Positions 12,560 to 25,119 of a DNA stretch of 64,000 bases are shown here, piece by piece. Position 1 is the stretch's first letter. Each line of letters starts with the position of its first letter. Under the pieces are notes generated by a model. It did no database searches and had not been told where the DNA came from. It worked only from the letters and a program-made list of their open reading frames with translations. The position numbers and the translations under genes are program-made. Origin of the DNA: Heteronotia binoei (lineage: Eukaryota); contig NC_083228.1 of the NCBI RefSeq assembly GCF_032191835.1, positions 105,896,001-105,960,000 of the forward strand, read 5' to 3'.

Positions 12560-13620
12560 TTATCACAAATAATTCAGTCAGAAGTGATATCACACATCAC
12601 CAATCCAGATATGTTTATGTTGTTGGATTTTGTTTCAGTTTCTTGAATCCTTCTTATTATTTTAAAGCACCTGTAGCAAATGCTGTTAGTGAAAGTACAT
12701 ACAAATTAATAAAATACTGCCCTGATTTCAGCCTTGTGAGTTTCTTTGCAATGATTAATCAGGAAAAAACAAACTTTTGGAATCCTCATTAATATTGTGC
12801 AATGAACACCATATCTTGAATGCATAGCCATACAATAAAACATGCAGTTTTATTCTTTTTACTTCAATAGAGTTCACAGTTATTATTTGGTTATTAAGCC
12901 CTATAGAGGCTTTTTTATACCACCTTTTTCACTAATCAGCAGAATAATTTCAGAGCACCTTGCGGTAAATCTACTGAAATGCTGCAGCAACACAATGGGA
13001 TTTTAGGGGCTTTAAAAGCTGGCAATGTTAAGTGTCGGGTAGCATCTGTAGTGAATGTTGTTTAGATCTACTTCTATGAGTACTTAGGGTACAAAACAGC
13101 TGATTTGTATTTGAGGTTATTGTATTAGTATAGGTGATAAGGGACATTTATGCTGTATACACCTGTGATTTTTCATGATCAGTTTTGTACTGTAGGTTAG
13201 TGGCACTCTGTAAAGTTTCCAGCATAGCCACAGATGCAATACTTTACAATGGAAATGGCATTCCAGCTCAGTGAAAGCATTAGTAGTGGGTGGAGAAGGG
13301 CTTGATAGGTTCTGGCAGCCTATTATCCAGTTTCAGCAGATTCTTCTGAAGTTGATGACCGCAATACTGTGCACAAATAGGCTGGTTAAATCCCATCGAC
13401 TTTAAGGGATTTTAGCTGTCTGACTCTGCCAGGATTTCAGCCTATTTGACTAAACCGCTTTAAGTCAAACTGATTGAACTGGTTTGCGGATCATGCTGTG
13501 TATTAATGAAACTTTCACTGAAATGATCAAAAGGAGGCAATCGTCCATCACAGCATTGGATATTTCTACATTGCTGCAGCCATTTGCATTTCATCATGTG
13601 ACATAAACTAACTGATCATG
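12560..13620 (-). pseudogene. V2R-like pseudogene copy 2, exons 1, 2 and 5' part of exon 3
   Basis: Translations include AARTYQALL (NARMTYQATL), LSPILIQ*PQIQISCFVP*VL (ISTILSIYKIPQISYGSFVPVL), HYRCYP (FYRMVP), IVLLQHFSRF (IVQLLQHFRW) and KHIWIG (GKVWIT). Confidence 0.65.
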
Positions 13621-13749
13621 GACATGGAATCTAAAGATATACAGAAGTATTAACTAGTGAAAGGAATGGAAAGTAGTCCTGAATTCCATACACTTTAGTG
13701 TGCCAAAGCTTCTGCGACCTTCAGATAAAGGAAATAAAATAAACAATTA

Positions 13750-14032
13750 GAAGAAGAAGAAGACTGCAGATTTATACCCTGCCCTTCTCTCTGAATCAAA
13801 GACTCAGAGTGGCTTACAATCTCCTATATATTTCCCCCCCACAACAGACACCCTGTGAGGTGGGTGGGGCTGAGAGGGTTCTCACAGCAGCTGCCCTTTC
13901 AAGGACAACTCCTGTGATAGCTATGGCTAACCCAAGGCCATTCCAGCAGCTGCAAGTGGAGGAGTGGGGAATCAAATCCAGTTCTCCCAGATAAGAGACC
14001 ACACACTTAACCATTACACCAAACTGGCTCTC
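13750..14032 (-). mobile_element. tRNA-derived SINE with L2-like 3' tail (Squam2-like)
   Basis: The head is GAGAGCCAGTTTGGTGTAGTGGTTAAG and the tail is GGGCGGGATATAAAT(CTT)n. Other copies: 15167-15445(+), 21511-21787(-), 31262-31380 and 31431-31713(+), 34050-34170(+), 47012-47269(-), 53825-54075(+), 55625-55910(-). Confidence 0.85.
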
Positions 14033-14399
14033 TTTTCCTCCTCCACGTCATTACTTTTTCCTGCTTTCTTCTCTCATTCCAACCTATCAACCAAGCCACC
14101 TTTTATCTGTCTCACATCATCAGCTATACTTATCATTTATTTACTTTATTTATACCCTTACTTTCTCCAGAGTTGGGACCCAAAGCAACTGACATCATTC
14201 TCCTTCATTTCATCATCACAACAATCTCATACTGAGAACATTTATTTATTATTTATTTTTTTAAAAAATTGTATCCCATCTCTCTGCCCACATAAGGGCC
14301 ACCAAGGCAGGTAACAATTTAAAACGTACATGATAAAATCACATTTTAAAACTATTAAAATCACTGCCCTCAAATGCATGTACCATTAAAACAATTAAA

Positions 14400-14720
14400 A
14401 ACACAGTTAAAATACATACAGAACATAAAACTGCAATTAAAACTTTGGTTAGGAAGGAGGGATCATTTAGGGAATGCCAAATGAAACAGATGAAACAATG
14501 CTGCTGGCAGAAGAAGGATGGATGAATTTCCCTGAGGAGAGCTTTGGTGCCATGACTGAGAAGGCCTTCTCTGAAGTTGCTACCCACCTAATCTCAGAAG
14601 GCAAGGACACCTGAGGCAGGGCCCCCAAAGCTGATTGTAGGGATTGAACAAGTTCATAAGGGAGTAAGCATTCCTTCAGGTTTTTTGGTACCAAATCATA
14701 CAGGGCTTTAAAGGTCAAGG
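14400..14720 (-). mobile_element. Degenerate L2 3' fragment
   Basis: Translation LTFKALYDLVPKNLKECL...AFSVMAPKL matches the L2 C-terminus. Confidence 0.7.
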
Positions 14721-14990
14721 AGATTAAAAAATATAAGACCAAGGCTGATTGTGCAAAATAAAGTAAAATATATATTTTGTTACTCAGTTAAAATTTCTAG
14801 GTGTTTTGCCAACAGGCTTCATCAGGGGGATCTGTTAGTCTTGCAGTAGTTCTTCAAATAGAGTAACAAATTACCCTGATAAAGCCTGTTGGCAAAATAC
14901 GTATGGAATCTTGGGGATTTTAACTGAGTAATAAAATATATATTTACCTTATTTTGCACCATCATCCTTGACTTTATTTATTTTTAATCT
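14721..14990. mobile_element. 270-bp fold-back palindrome (probable MITE)
   Basis: The arm caaggctgattgtgcaaaataaagtaaaatatatattttgttactcagttaaaat pairs with attttaactgagtaataaaatatatatttaccttattttgcaccatcatccttg. An inner stem ttttgccaacaggctt pairs with aagcctgttggcaaaa. Confidence 0.8.
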
Positions 14991-15449
14991 AAAATGACTG
15001 GTGTGGCCCTTTTATTATTGAAGTGCTGGTCTTCACTTCTTTAAAAGTGAAGACCAGCACTTCAAGTTGTGCCCAGAAACAAATATGAAGCCAGTGTAGA
15101 TGGGCTAAAACTGGAGTGAATCACTCTAGTCAACATCCTGGCTACAGTATTCCAAACACTCCAAACAGAGCCAATTTGATGTAGTGGTTAAGTGTGAGGA
15201 CTCTTATCTGGGAGAACTGGGTTTCATTCCATAATCCTCCACATGCACCTGCTGAGGTGACCTTGAGTCAGTCACAAGTTTTCACAGAGCTGTTCCTCTC
15301 AAGAGCAATTTCTGTTAAAGCTCTCTCAGCTCCACCTACCTCAAAGGATTCCTGTTGTGGGGAGGGGAAGAAAAAGGAGATTGTAAGCCACTCTGAGACT
15401 CCTTCAGATAGTGAAGGTAGGGTATATATAATCTTCTTCTTCTTTTCAA

Positions 15450-15990
15450 GGAAAGCCTCATGTAGAGCGCATTGGAGTAATCTACGGTAATCCAGCTGCA
15501 TCTGGGACATGTACTACAGTGGCCAGATCTTTTCTGCCTAGGAAAGGCCATGGATCTCCAACCAGTCAAAGCTGGAAAAAGGCACTCCTGGCCAGAGCTT
15601 CCATCTACTTATCCAGCAATAGGCATGAGTCCAAAAGCACATCCAGACTACAGGCTTGTTCCTTCAAGGGGGTATGTGTGACCAGAATGGGTGACTCCTT
15701 AAATTCTAGGTCAAGCCTTCCACAGACCAGCAGTGCTTCCATCTTGTTTGGATTAAGCTTCAGTTTATTAGCTCACATCCACTCCAAAACTGATTCCAGG
15801 GTTTCCAGCCCAAATCTCTGGATTACCTCATCTAGCAGTTTCACATAGATGTTAAAGAAAATAGGGAACAAGATGGAACCTTGCAAGACTCCATACTTCC
15901 CCAGCACCACCTTCTGAAACATACCATCCAGGTCGGACCAAAACCACTATAAACAGTACTTCCCAATCCCAGCCCAGCAGACCTGGATTA
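15450..15990 (-). mobile_element. Degenerate L2 RT/C-terminal fragment
   Basis: Translation includes DYSNALYM, and the sequence contains a GxxQGS-like segment (gtcttgcaaggttccatc). Confidence 0.65.
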
Positions 15991-16010
15991 CCAAGAGTGA
16001 TCAAATTTTG

Positions 16011-16163
16011 AGATTTTTCTACTTGAAAGGGAGCTCATATATCCTCTATGTAATTAAAAATTTCCAAGGTAAAACTATTTATACAAAGATTTTTCTACTT
16101 GAGAGGGAGCTCATATATCCCCTATGTAATTAAAGTTTTTCAAGGTAAACTGTTTATACAAAG
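16011..16163. repeat. Tandem duplication of a unit of about 76 bp
   Basis: The unit agatttttctacttga(a/g)agggagctcatatatcc...aggtaaa...tttatacaaag appears twice in tandem. Confidence 0.9.
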
Positions 16164-16339
16164 ACATTCATCCCTTGGAAGCAGTTCAATCTAAATTCCT
16201 TAGATGCATATTTGGTGTTCCTAACACATGCAATTCTTAGTATAAAATCAGGGCAGATGTTATTTGAAACTCAGTATTGGTATCAAGCTATATGTTTTTG
16301 GCCCAAGCTAAACTAAACAAGGAAGGGCAAGGGTCATAC

Positions 16340-17430
16340 TAGCAAATTCCTAGGATCCTGTCTACATCCTTGGCCTGAATAAACTGAAAAATATCCCATA
16401 CGATTTGACATGTTAGCACCCTAGCAACATCTGACCTATTATTGCTAACATAGTGTCCAAGTCAGAATGGATGCAAGAGAATGTTTCTGCAGAGCACTGA
16501 CCAAAACAGTAAACAGGCCTCTGACTAGTCAGAATAGCCCCACTGACCTACACTGTACAGATAAGATGGGGGAAGAAAAGTGTTGTTTGTTTGCTTGGCC
16601 CATTTAATTGGCCTAAGGTCACCCAATGAGCTTCCATGGCAAACCATGGATTCACATCTGGATCTCCCAGATCCTAGTGTGAAATTCTAACCACTACACT
16701 ACACAAATTTCTGTGGCTACTGTTGAACAGTAATGAGCAGCCAGCCCTGAGTGAGCCATGTTAACTGCATGGTATCAGTTGTCTGATGGTTCCTTCCAGG
16801 CCTGGCCCCTTTGAATCTAAATGGGCTTGTAGTCTTCTGAATCCACTGAAGTGCATGAACAAGCCAACCTGCTAACAGGAAGAATGATCTTGAGGAAAAA
16901 TGTATTAGCTATCTTGGCTTAGATCCAGTGGATCTGTTCTATTAACAGTGAGACCCTTCCTGTACAACTCCTTCAGTGGCATATGCCATACCTCCAGTTC
17001 CCACATAGCATTATATCAAATAAAATACAGGTGAAGGAGACACAAGAAACTGTGAAGATTCTTTGTTATATCTAATTACACAGAACACAATGTCTATTTG
17101 TTATTTGTAATTTAGATCCATGAAAAGGAAAGATGATGCTGGAAATTGTATAAATAAATCAAAATAGTGATGAAGAGAAGAATACCAGAGGAAAAATGAA
17201 AAGGCCAAGCTGAAGTTACAAGATAACAAAGATGCAAAACAAATCAAGCTCACAGATCAAGTAACCTCACTGCTTTCATATCAGTATCAAAAATTCTGCA
17301 AATATTTATTTTGCAGGGACTTGAGGCTTTAAGGAAGATCATGAAACATGTCACAGTACATATTAAGATTCAATGAATGTTCACATTTATTGATAATTCT
17401 TCAGATTTACTTCGGTGGAAAATGTTATAA
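16340..17430 (-). pseudogene. V2R-like pseudogene copy 3, 7TM exon (exon 6)
   Basis: Translations include Y*YESSEVT*SVSLICFA (LSYEEPLGISLASFA), SSFLFMD (CSLLFIG), IFTVSCVS (IFSVAVSC), AETFS (AVEIFS) and LLGC*HVKSYGIFFSLFRP (LLGCIFSPKCYIILRP). Confidence 0.65.
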
Positions 17431-17436
17431 GATGTT

Positions 17437-18025
17437 AAGAACATAAGAGAAGCCATGTTGGATCAGGCCAACGGCCCATCCAGTCCAACACTCTGTGTCA
17501 CACAGTGGGGAAAAAAATTATATATACACACACACTGTGGCTAATAGCCACTGATGGATCTGTGCTCCATATTTTTATCTAAACCCCTCTTGAAGGTGGC
17601 TATACTTGTAGCCGCCACCACCTCCTGTGGCAGTGAATTCCACATGTTAATCACCCTTTGGGTGAAGAAGTACTTCCTTTTATCCATTTTAACCTGTCTG
17701 CTCAGCAATTTCATCGAATGCCCACGAGTTCTTGTATTGTGAGAAAGGGAGAAAAGTACTTCTTTCTCTACTTTCTCCATCCCATGCATTATCTTGTAAA
17801 CCTCTATCATGTCACCCTGCAGTCGACGTTTCTCCAAGCTAAAGAGTCCCAAGCGTTTCAACCTTTCTTCACAGGGAAAGTGCTCCAGCCCTTTAATCAT
17901 TCTAGTTGCCCTTCTCTGGACTTTCTCCAATGCTATAATATCCTTTTTGAGGTGCGGTGACTAGAACTGCACACAGTACTCCAAATGAGACCGCACCATC
18001 GATTTATACAGGGGCATTATGATAT
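17437..18025 (-). mobile_element. 5'-truncated CR1 LINE 3' fragment
   Basis: ORF 17541-17930 reads EKVQRRATRMIKGLEH...LGLFSLEKRRLQGDMIEVYKI...TRGH. It is nearly identical to the copy at 10134-10578. Confidence 0.93.
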
Positions 18026-19014
18026 GTTATGTTGATATTATGTTGACATTATGTTGATATTTCCTAATAACTTTAAGCATGATGGGCACCTTTGGTAAAT
18101 AACCAACTTTATCCTTATTCTTATCACTGTCCAAAATTTTTCAGTTCCCAAAAAGGACTACTATTTTTCTGGTTCTTCCTTTATGTTTGGATCTGTGCAA
18201 TCCAAATGATGCTTACTTTTTTCAACTACCTTCATTCATTACTCTTCATTCTTTTACAGAAATTAAACATAAGGAGGTGTACCTGAAATTAATGAATATT
18301 CTCATTGTCTCTGTCCCTATCCTGTCTCTCTCTCCAACCTTCACTGAATTCTATGTGTTAAATTTTAGATTGTAAGCTTCTTGGGACAGGGCCTTTTGTA
18401 CTATAAAGCACCATTCACATTGATGAGAAATTAGTAACTGTGAATATATATTATAAAACACATTGTACCAATATTTATAACTATATTTATATCATTCAAG
18501 TAACTTCAACACATCTGTTTCATTTACTTAGAATAAATTTATTAACAGTTGAGGATTTGGGATCTCTGACTCCTTACAATGTGTTTTTAGCTTTTGCTTC
18601 TTCCTCAGAAGTGGTAAATGAATGCAACATGTAGTATAAGAAACTTATAAAAACTCACTTTTATAGTGGCAATTCAGTGTAGTATACAAACAAAATGGTA
18701 ACACGGCAATTAGATGTTATATTTAAAAGAACTGTATTGTTTATAGGAGAGTTTCTTTATTGACCTTCAGAGCATATTGATCCACTTGAAACCAGAGGTC
18801 TTTACCTTGATCAGAATGTAATGCCATGCTTATAATTGCATTGTATCCTTGACTTCATTCAGGGTAATTTGATATTGATCAGCAGGCTAATGCTACATAA
18901 ATACAATATTTCAGTTGTGTGTGTGGTGGGGGAGGTTATGAGAAATCCTTGCATCACAGGAAACAAATGAGCCTGTCAAACCAAGGAACATGTTTAGCAG
19001 TTCTGGCTTCTTAC

Positions 19015-19141
19015 CTTTCTCATTGCAGATTTACCATTTATGTAGTTTTGCATGAATTGCGAAGGAATTTTTCCGAAAGATTGATTTCCAGTTCTGTTCT
19101 CCAGAATTCTGTTGTCATTTCTGCAACCAAGCATTGAAAAG
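19015..19141 (-). pseudogene. V2R-like pseudogene copy 3, exon 5 (cysteine-rich domain exon)
   Basis: It is 127 bp between the acceptor tttttaaatag and the donor gtaaga, running phase 0 to phase 1. It ends ICNEK (ISNQK) and contains SEKF (GEKF). Confidence 0.65.
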
Positions 19142-22100
19142 CTATTTAAAAATAGATCTGAACTTCCACATTAACACCAGGTTCACAAAGCGCAGCATCA
19201 CAAAACATTCCAAGATCCACGTTTTTTGTTTTTTTTTTTCATTTACCATTCCCTCTGACTCTTTGCAGATAAAACATTGGGCTGCCTTCCATGTTACTTT
19301 AAAGTTATGAAGTTACTACTTGATTGGAGTGCTTTTTCCTGTAGCTGTAATCTTTCTCGAAGCAAGACTAGCCAGCATGTTAGAACTAAGCAGATGGACC
19401 AAATTACTCCTACCATAGGAGAAGACTTCCCAATGTGTGTAATAACTGACTATGTCTGCAGAGTGCCACTACATGAAACTGTCATATACTGAATCAGACC
19501 TGTAGCCAAGAGGCACTGTCTGATGCATGGAAACACCCAAATATCCAATGGGGTCCCCATGCTTTTACCTGATCCAGAGATCCTGCAAAAACAGGCCAAT
19601 TGGAAATACTCTCTGCTTGGGCCAAAGCCAGCCAAGGCTCCAAGAAGGTTTCTGTCTGAGGTTGTAAAACAAGCACCCTCAAAGCACCCTCAAAGCTAGT
19701 TCCAATCTTTCCTTTTCATTCAGCAAATGGAATATTAAGAACAATGAGTTCTATCAGGTACAATATGCTGCATTTTCTATAGCTGGCTAACAGCAGATGT
19801 CTAATTCCTTCATGTATCCAAAATCCCTATCCAAACACCTTTTGTTTTACCTTATGTTAATGTGCAAAACCCGTCACACAACTCCCCCTTTCCTTCCTGC
19901 CTCTTTCCTCAGAGTACCAAGAAAAATGGCCCTCCCTGAGATCCATCAGGAACCAATTCCCGCCTTTTGTTTCAAACTGGGAATCTATTCAAAGCACTCC
20001 AGACAGCCCATCAATAATAATTAACTTAATATTTTTCCAGAAGGGAGCACTGCCCCTCCAAACAGTGTAAAACATGAGAGTGAACTGGCCACATCATTCA
20101 ATCTGTGGGTGCCAAGATAGACTGTACCCCCTGTTACTCTCTGGAATTGGGCCTCTTTGATGTGTCACACTGGTTGTGCATGTCCCCATCTCTATTTTTC
20201 TCTACATAGACATCTGCACATCTTGACAGGTAAATATCACCACCGTAACTATCCCTCAAACTCTCTATTCCTCACCCCTAATTTTCCTGATTTTGATTGC
20301 TTTAAGTGTGATTGTATTTCTACATATTTTTCCAAGTAAACATTTTAAACTATTTAAAATCTGGAGTCTTCTTTCTGAAACCTTGGTAAATACTTTGTGA
20401 GAGACCACTCCAAATTAGTTCTACCTACAGTCTACCTCTGCTAATTTCACCATAGAAGAGGAGATTACCAGCAATTCTAGTAACAGATCCTTGGTCCATC
20501 AAATTAAGTATTGTCTATTCAGACTGGCAGTGGCTTTCCAAAGTCTCAGGCAGAGCCTACTGCCAGATTCTTTTTTAGCTGGAGATACTGGGGACTGAAC
20601 CTGGGACCTTCAGCATGCCAAGCAGATTCTCTTCTACTGAGCCCCAGTCCCTCAGATCCACATAACTAGGTTCATGATTGCACCTAGAAAATATTTATGA
20701 TATTTACAATGTAACAATCTGCAATGATGAATGTGATGGCAAATCAAAATGTGTTTTGGTAAAATATGTTAATATGCACCTGCCTAGATTTCTGCTTGTT
20801 CCAATTTGCTCCAGCTAGATTGGGTTTGACCTTTAGAAATGCCAGTCACTCTTCTCATAAGAAAGCTGAGCATAGCCTACATAATAAAGTAAGTTTAAGG
20901 GCAGAGAGTCATTAAGTTTAAGACTGAACAGCAGAAGCATGAAACAGCTCAGTGCTTTGCCCTTAGGATGACAGTTCTATAATTGTAAACAGGCAGATGT
21001 GTCTAGGAAAAAAAAAACCTTTTAGGCTATTCTAATTAGAGATTTTCAGGTTTTTTTAAAAAAAAATATTCTCCATCCTGAGCACTATAATTGAGGATGA
21101 ATAAATGAGACAAACATTTAGGACTATTTGGCATTCATTTTAGGATGTTTAGACAATTAAACATAAATGATTCAAGTTCATTATGAGTATATTGGTCACA
21201 AACAAAGAAACATCTTCAAGCATGGACGAGCGCTTCCAATCATGAGAACACCATTCTTTGTGTTGCACCTGAATCCCTCAAGTCTTTTTGTCCAGTGAGA
21301 GTAGGAAAGCAGCTTGAGTGGGATAATTTAGAGCAGAACAGCATACATAGAAAGGACTAGCAAGCTTCACTCTCAGCTGCTGTTCCTGGGTTTCAGTTGC
21401 AGTTTTTAAGTCTGCACTGCATTAATACTAGGGTTCCCAGCCCCCAGGTCCCAGTGAGGGTTCCCCCACTTTTCAGGGCTTCGATCTGCCATCAGCCAGC
21501 TGACCAGTCGGGGAAGAAGACGATGATGATATTGGATTTACACCCCCCCCCTTCACCCCAAATCAGAGCAGCTTACAATCTCCTTTACCTTCCCCCCCAA
21601 CAGATGCCCTGTGAGTTAGGTGGAGCTGAGAGAGCTCTCCCAGAAGTTGCCCTTCCAAGTAGAGGAGTGGGGAATCAAACCTGGCTATGGCTGGCCCAAG
21701 GGCATTCCAGGAGCTGCAAGTGGAGGAGTGGGGAATCAAACCTGGTTCTCCCAGTCCATGCACTAACCACTACACCAAACTGGCTCTGTCACCCCAAACA
21801 GGGAGGTTGCCAGGCAATGTCCCCAGCATGATAACATCATCATGTCACAAACAGTGGTGGGTGATGCTCTAGTTTTTTGGGCAAACTCTATGGTTTTGAA
21901 GGGAAATCCTCCCCCCCGCAAAAAAAATAGCACTGCCAGCTTCCAAGTGGACCCAGAAGACCTCCAGAAATTATAAATGATCTCCAGACAACCAAGAACA
22001 GTACCCCTGGAGAAAATGGTTGCTTTGGAGGGTGGAGGGTGGCATTATACCCTGATGAGGTCCCTGACCTCCCCAAACCTTGCTATCTGCAGGCTTCACC

Positions 22101-22169
22101 CCAAATCTCCCAGAATTTCCTAGTCTGGGATTTGAAACCCTACTAAATATTTGATCCTTGAGAAATATT

Positions 22170-23650
22170 ACACATTCAGCTGGTCCTGAATAGTCATCAC
22201 CCCATTTTTTCTGGTTTATTATCAAAAGTCCACCCAACTTCTGTTACATATTTTTGAAAAAACATAAATCTTCAAAATCTTCCCAGAAAGTTCTGTTTTT
22301 AGTTAGGCAGTACTTAACTTGATGTGCTGTTGTGATGTCTCAAAGTATTTACTTTTTAAATTTGTTTTGGTATGTCTTCTTTCCTACACACACAAATGCG
22401 TGACAGAAATATCAAGTTAAAGAGAAATGTGTTTAATTGCTTTAATCCAAATCACTCTGGGTATTTTTTCTATGCTAAAATTAAATGTCACAATGCAATT
22501 TCTCCTCTTCCTACTTAATGTAGCAAAATGTAACATTATGGAGGTTGAGGAACAAACTCGGCATATTTGCTAGGACTTGACATGAAATTCTTAAAAAAGG
22601 AAACAGCAGGTTGCTTTGCTGAGCTATCTGACATGTTCTTCATCTGACTTTACTTCGGGAGCAAAAAAAGTGAAAAATGAGTGGGATGAGTTGTAAATGT
22701 ACTGTGAGGCTTAAATCAAAGAAAATAAATAGATGTTTAAAAATAGAAATGGAATCTGTTTTCATCCAGATATATTTATAGGAGACGACAAAGTTAACAT
22801 ACAAGTGAGCTGCAAAATGTAAACCACATCTGGAAAAGATCTTCAGAAGATGTTTAAGGATAAGGAAATGATCCCTATTCTGTTTCTTTTTATTTACTTA
22901 TGTATTCAGTGCCCTGACTTGGATAGCCCAGGCTAGCCTGATCTCACCAGATTTCAGAAGTTAAACAAGGTCAGCTCTGGCTAGTATTTGGATGAAAGAC
23001 CTCCAAGGAATACCAGGGTTATAACACAGAGGCAGGCTTGAAAACCTTGTGGGGTTGCCATGAGACAGGTGAGATTTGATGGCACTTTCCATCACATGTA
23101 TTCAGTACTTAGACTCTGAACATCAGGAATGAAGCAAAGCAGCAAGTTTATTCATATGTGACTTATTTTTATTTTAATACTGTAGACTGGCCTAAGGTCA
23201 TCCAGCAAGCTTCCATGGAAGAGTGAGGAATTAGTCTCCCAGATCCTAGCCCAACACTCTAAACCATTACACCATGTTGGCTCTCAGTGAGGTAAATGTC
23301 CCCAATGAATTCTTTGTAAATGTGGAACTTGTTAAGAACACAGTGTCCTCTAACATCAAATGTTCACATTAGGTGCTATAAGAACACACAACCAATATGA
23401 TGGCATAGTATTTCTAAGGCAATGAGCAAGCATTCACTCTTCACAGAACAACACAAAAGAATAAAGCAGAGGCTTTATATTGTCAAGTCTGACATGATCT
23501 TTCCATTACAACTGTCTTCAAATGAATAGATATACGTTTTAATTTTCTCTTTATTTACACTTGTATTGATTTTATCAATGAAAAACATAATGAAAGATTT
23601 AAATGTGTTGTGTTACCTTAGTAACATCCATTAATAACTTGCATAATGAG
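22170..23650 (-). pseudogene. V2R-like pseudogene copy 3, exons 2-4 (split by SINEs)
   Basis: Translations include QHI*...FFIDKINTS (QHILA..FAIDEINKN), FEDSCN (IYDSCY), KYIWMKT (GKVWIMT), FKNFMSSPSKYAE (FKNFLQTVNPSKYPED), EEEKL (GEEKL), YVTEVG (FVKVG) and IINQKKW (TINEDAIVW). Confidence 0.7.
22908..23096 (+). mobile_element. 5S rRNA-derived SINE (5S-Sauria-like)
   Basis: The body cctgatctcaccagatttcagaagttaaacaaggtcagctctggctagtatttggatgaaagacc is a diverged 5S rRNA, followed by a Sauria/BovB-like tail. Other copies: about 29225-29385(-), 37965-38123(-), 43750-43860(+), 46350-46415(-), 54860-55005(-). Confidence 0.8.
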
Positions 23651-24039
23651 AAGACTTTGAGATACACAGAAAATAAAAAATAGCAGGTCCATACCATTGA
23701 TTCTAATGGGGAGGGGAAGCAATTATGAATATGCACATTTCTCTCATAAATCTTAGCAGCCACACAATGACAAATGATGAGCAGTGCAGTCCTAAGCAGT
23801 TACACCCTTTTTAAAATCCATCGAAGTCAATGTACTTTAAAGGGCATAACTCTGCTTTGGACTGCACTGTCAGTGTTTTTAAGAAAGAATAAAAAAGTAA
23901 AGAAGCGGTAAGGCAATACAAAAGGTCACACACCAAAATCAGAATAAAAGAATATAAATGATAATGTTAAAAACTACCACAGACAATAAAGAGATTTAGA
24001 GATATGCTGACAGAAAATAGGGTAAAATGGTAGATGTTT

Positions 24040-24225
24040 TATGGTTGACTCAAGGATGACTCAGTCTTCCATCCTTCCGAGGTTGGTAAAATGAGTATCC
24101 AGCTTGCTGGGGGGAAAGTGTAGATGACTGGGGAAGGCAATGGCAAACCACCGCATAAAAATGTCGTGATGCGACGTTACCCCAGAGTCGGAAACAACTG
24201 ATGCTTGCACAGGGGATTACCTTTT
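24040..24225 (+). mobile_element. Sauria SINE fragment
   Basis: It contains GACTCAGTCTTCCATCCTTCCGAGGTTGGTAAAATGAGTATCCAGC and GGGGAAGGCAATGGCAAACCACC. Confidence 0.8.
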
Positions 24226-25119
24226 TAATCTTTCTTGTTATTGGATGAAGATGAACCATCACCTTATATCATTGGACCATCACTGCATCTAGCTGAGTAT
24301 TGTCTACTGCTCTGTTTGGCAATGGACACCCTGAATCCCAGGCAGAAAAAGGTCTTTCAAAACTCCTTTTGCTAGAGGTGCCAGGGATTGAATCTGGGAT
24401 CTTTTACTTGAAAAGCATCTGCCCCACTATTAAGCCACCACCCTCCAATGAAATGACTTATTTCATGTATATCTTTCAGAACACTTATTTTCCTTTCTAG
24501 CTACTGATACACCAATCCATATCAGCATAAGTTTTAATAATGTTTGTTTATTTGTATACCTCATGGTCCTAAAGCTGAAAAGTCATTTTGGATGAGGGAG
24601 TGGGTGATTTGGATCAGGGAAATAGCACTAGAAGAAAAGGAGCACTAGAGGAATAGTACTAGAGGAAAAGAGGGATCAATACCTCTTCCATTGTTGCCTA
24701 CCACAGAAAAATAGCTAGGTTAAGTAGGGGGTACATGATGGAAAAATGGTTTGGGGGAAAAGAGAGTAAAGGTTAAGTATCCATTCTTCCTGCACTACAG
24801 CCCAATCCAATTGCTGGCTGCTGTTATGTTTTGGTAAAATATGGGAGATTTTGTTTGACCCTCAGAAAACAAAAAGTTTATATGTCTATATTAGCTATTG
24901 AGGTTCCAAGGTACTGACTGTGGAGTCCCCTTAATAGTTTCCAGTAGCTGTTAATAGGGATGGGCATGAACCAGCAGATGAACTAAAGTGAACTGAAGAA
25001 TGGTCACAAATTTCCATGAATGTTGATGCAGTTCATGGCAGTTTTGGGGGGTTCATGAAAAGCAGAAAGCAGGGATTTGCTTGAAGAGCAGAAAGCAGGG
25101 GTTTGCTTTCTGCTTTTGC

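Noticed and set aside
17118-17260. A-rich, exon-like segments with AG/GT sites on the plus strand (also 19029-19180, 22529-22680 and 63724-63813), suggesting a separate plus-strand gene
   Set aside because: All contain stops. They are better explained as the antisense of T-rich V2R coding remnants on the minus strand.
22908-23030. Possible true 5S rRNA gene
   Set aside because: It is highly diverged, lacks the canonical 5' end, is fused to a SINE tail and is dispersed in several copies.
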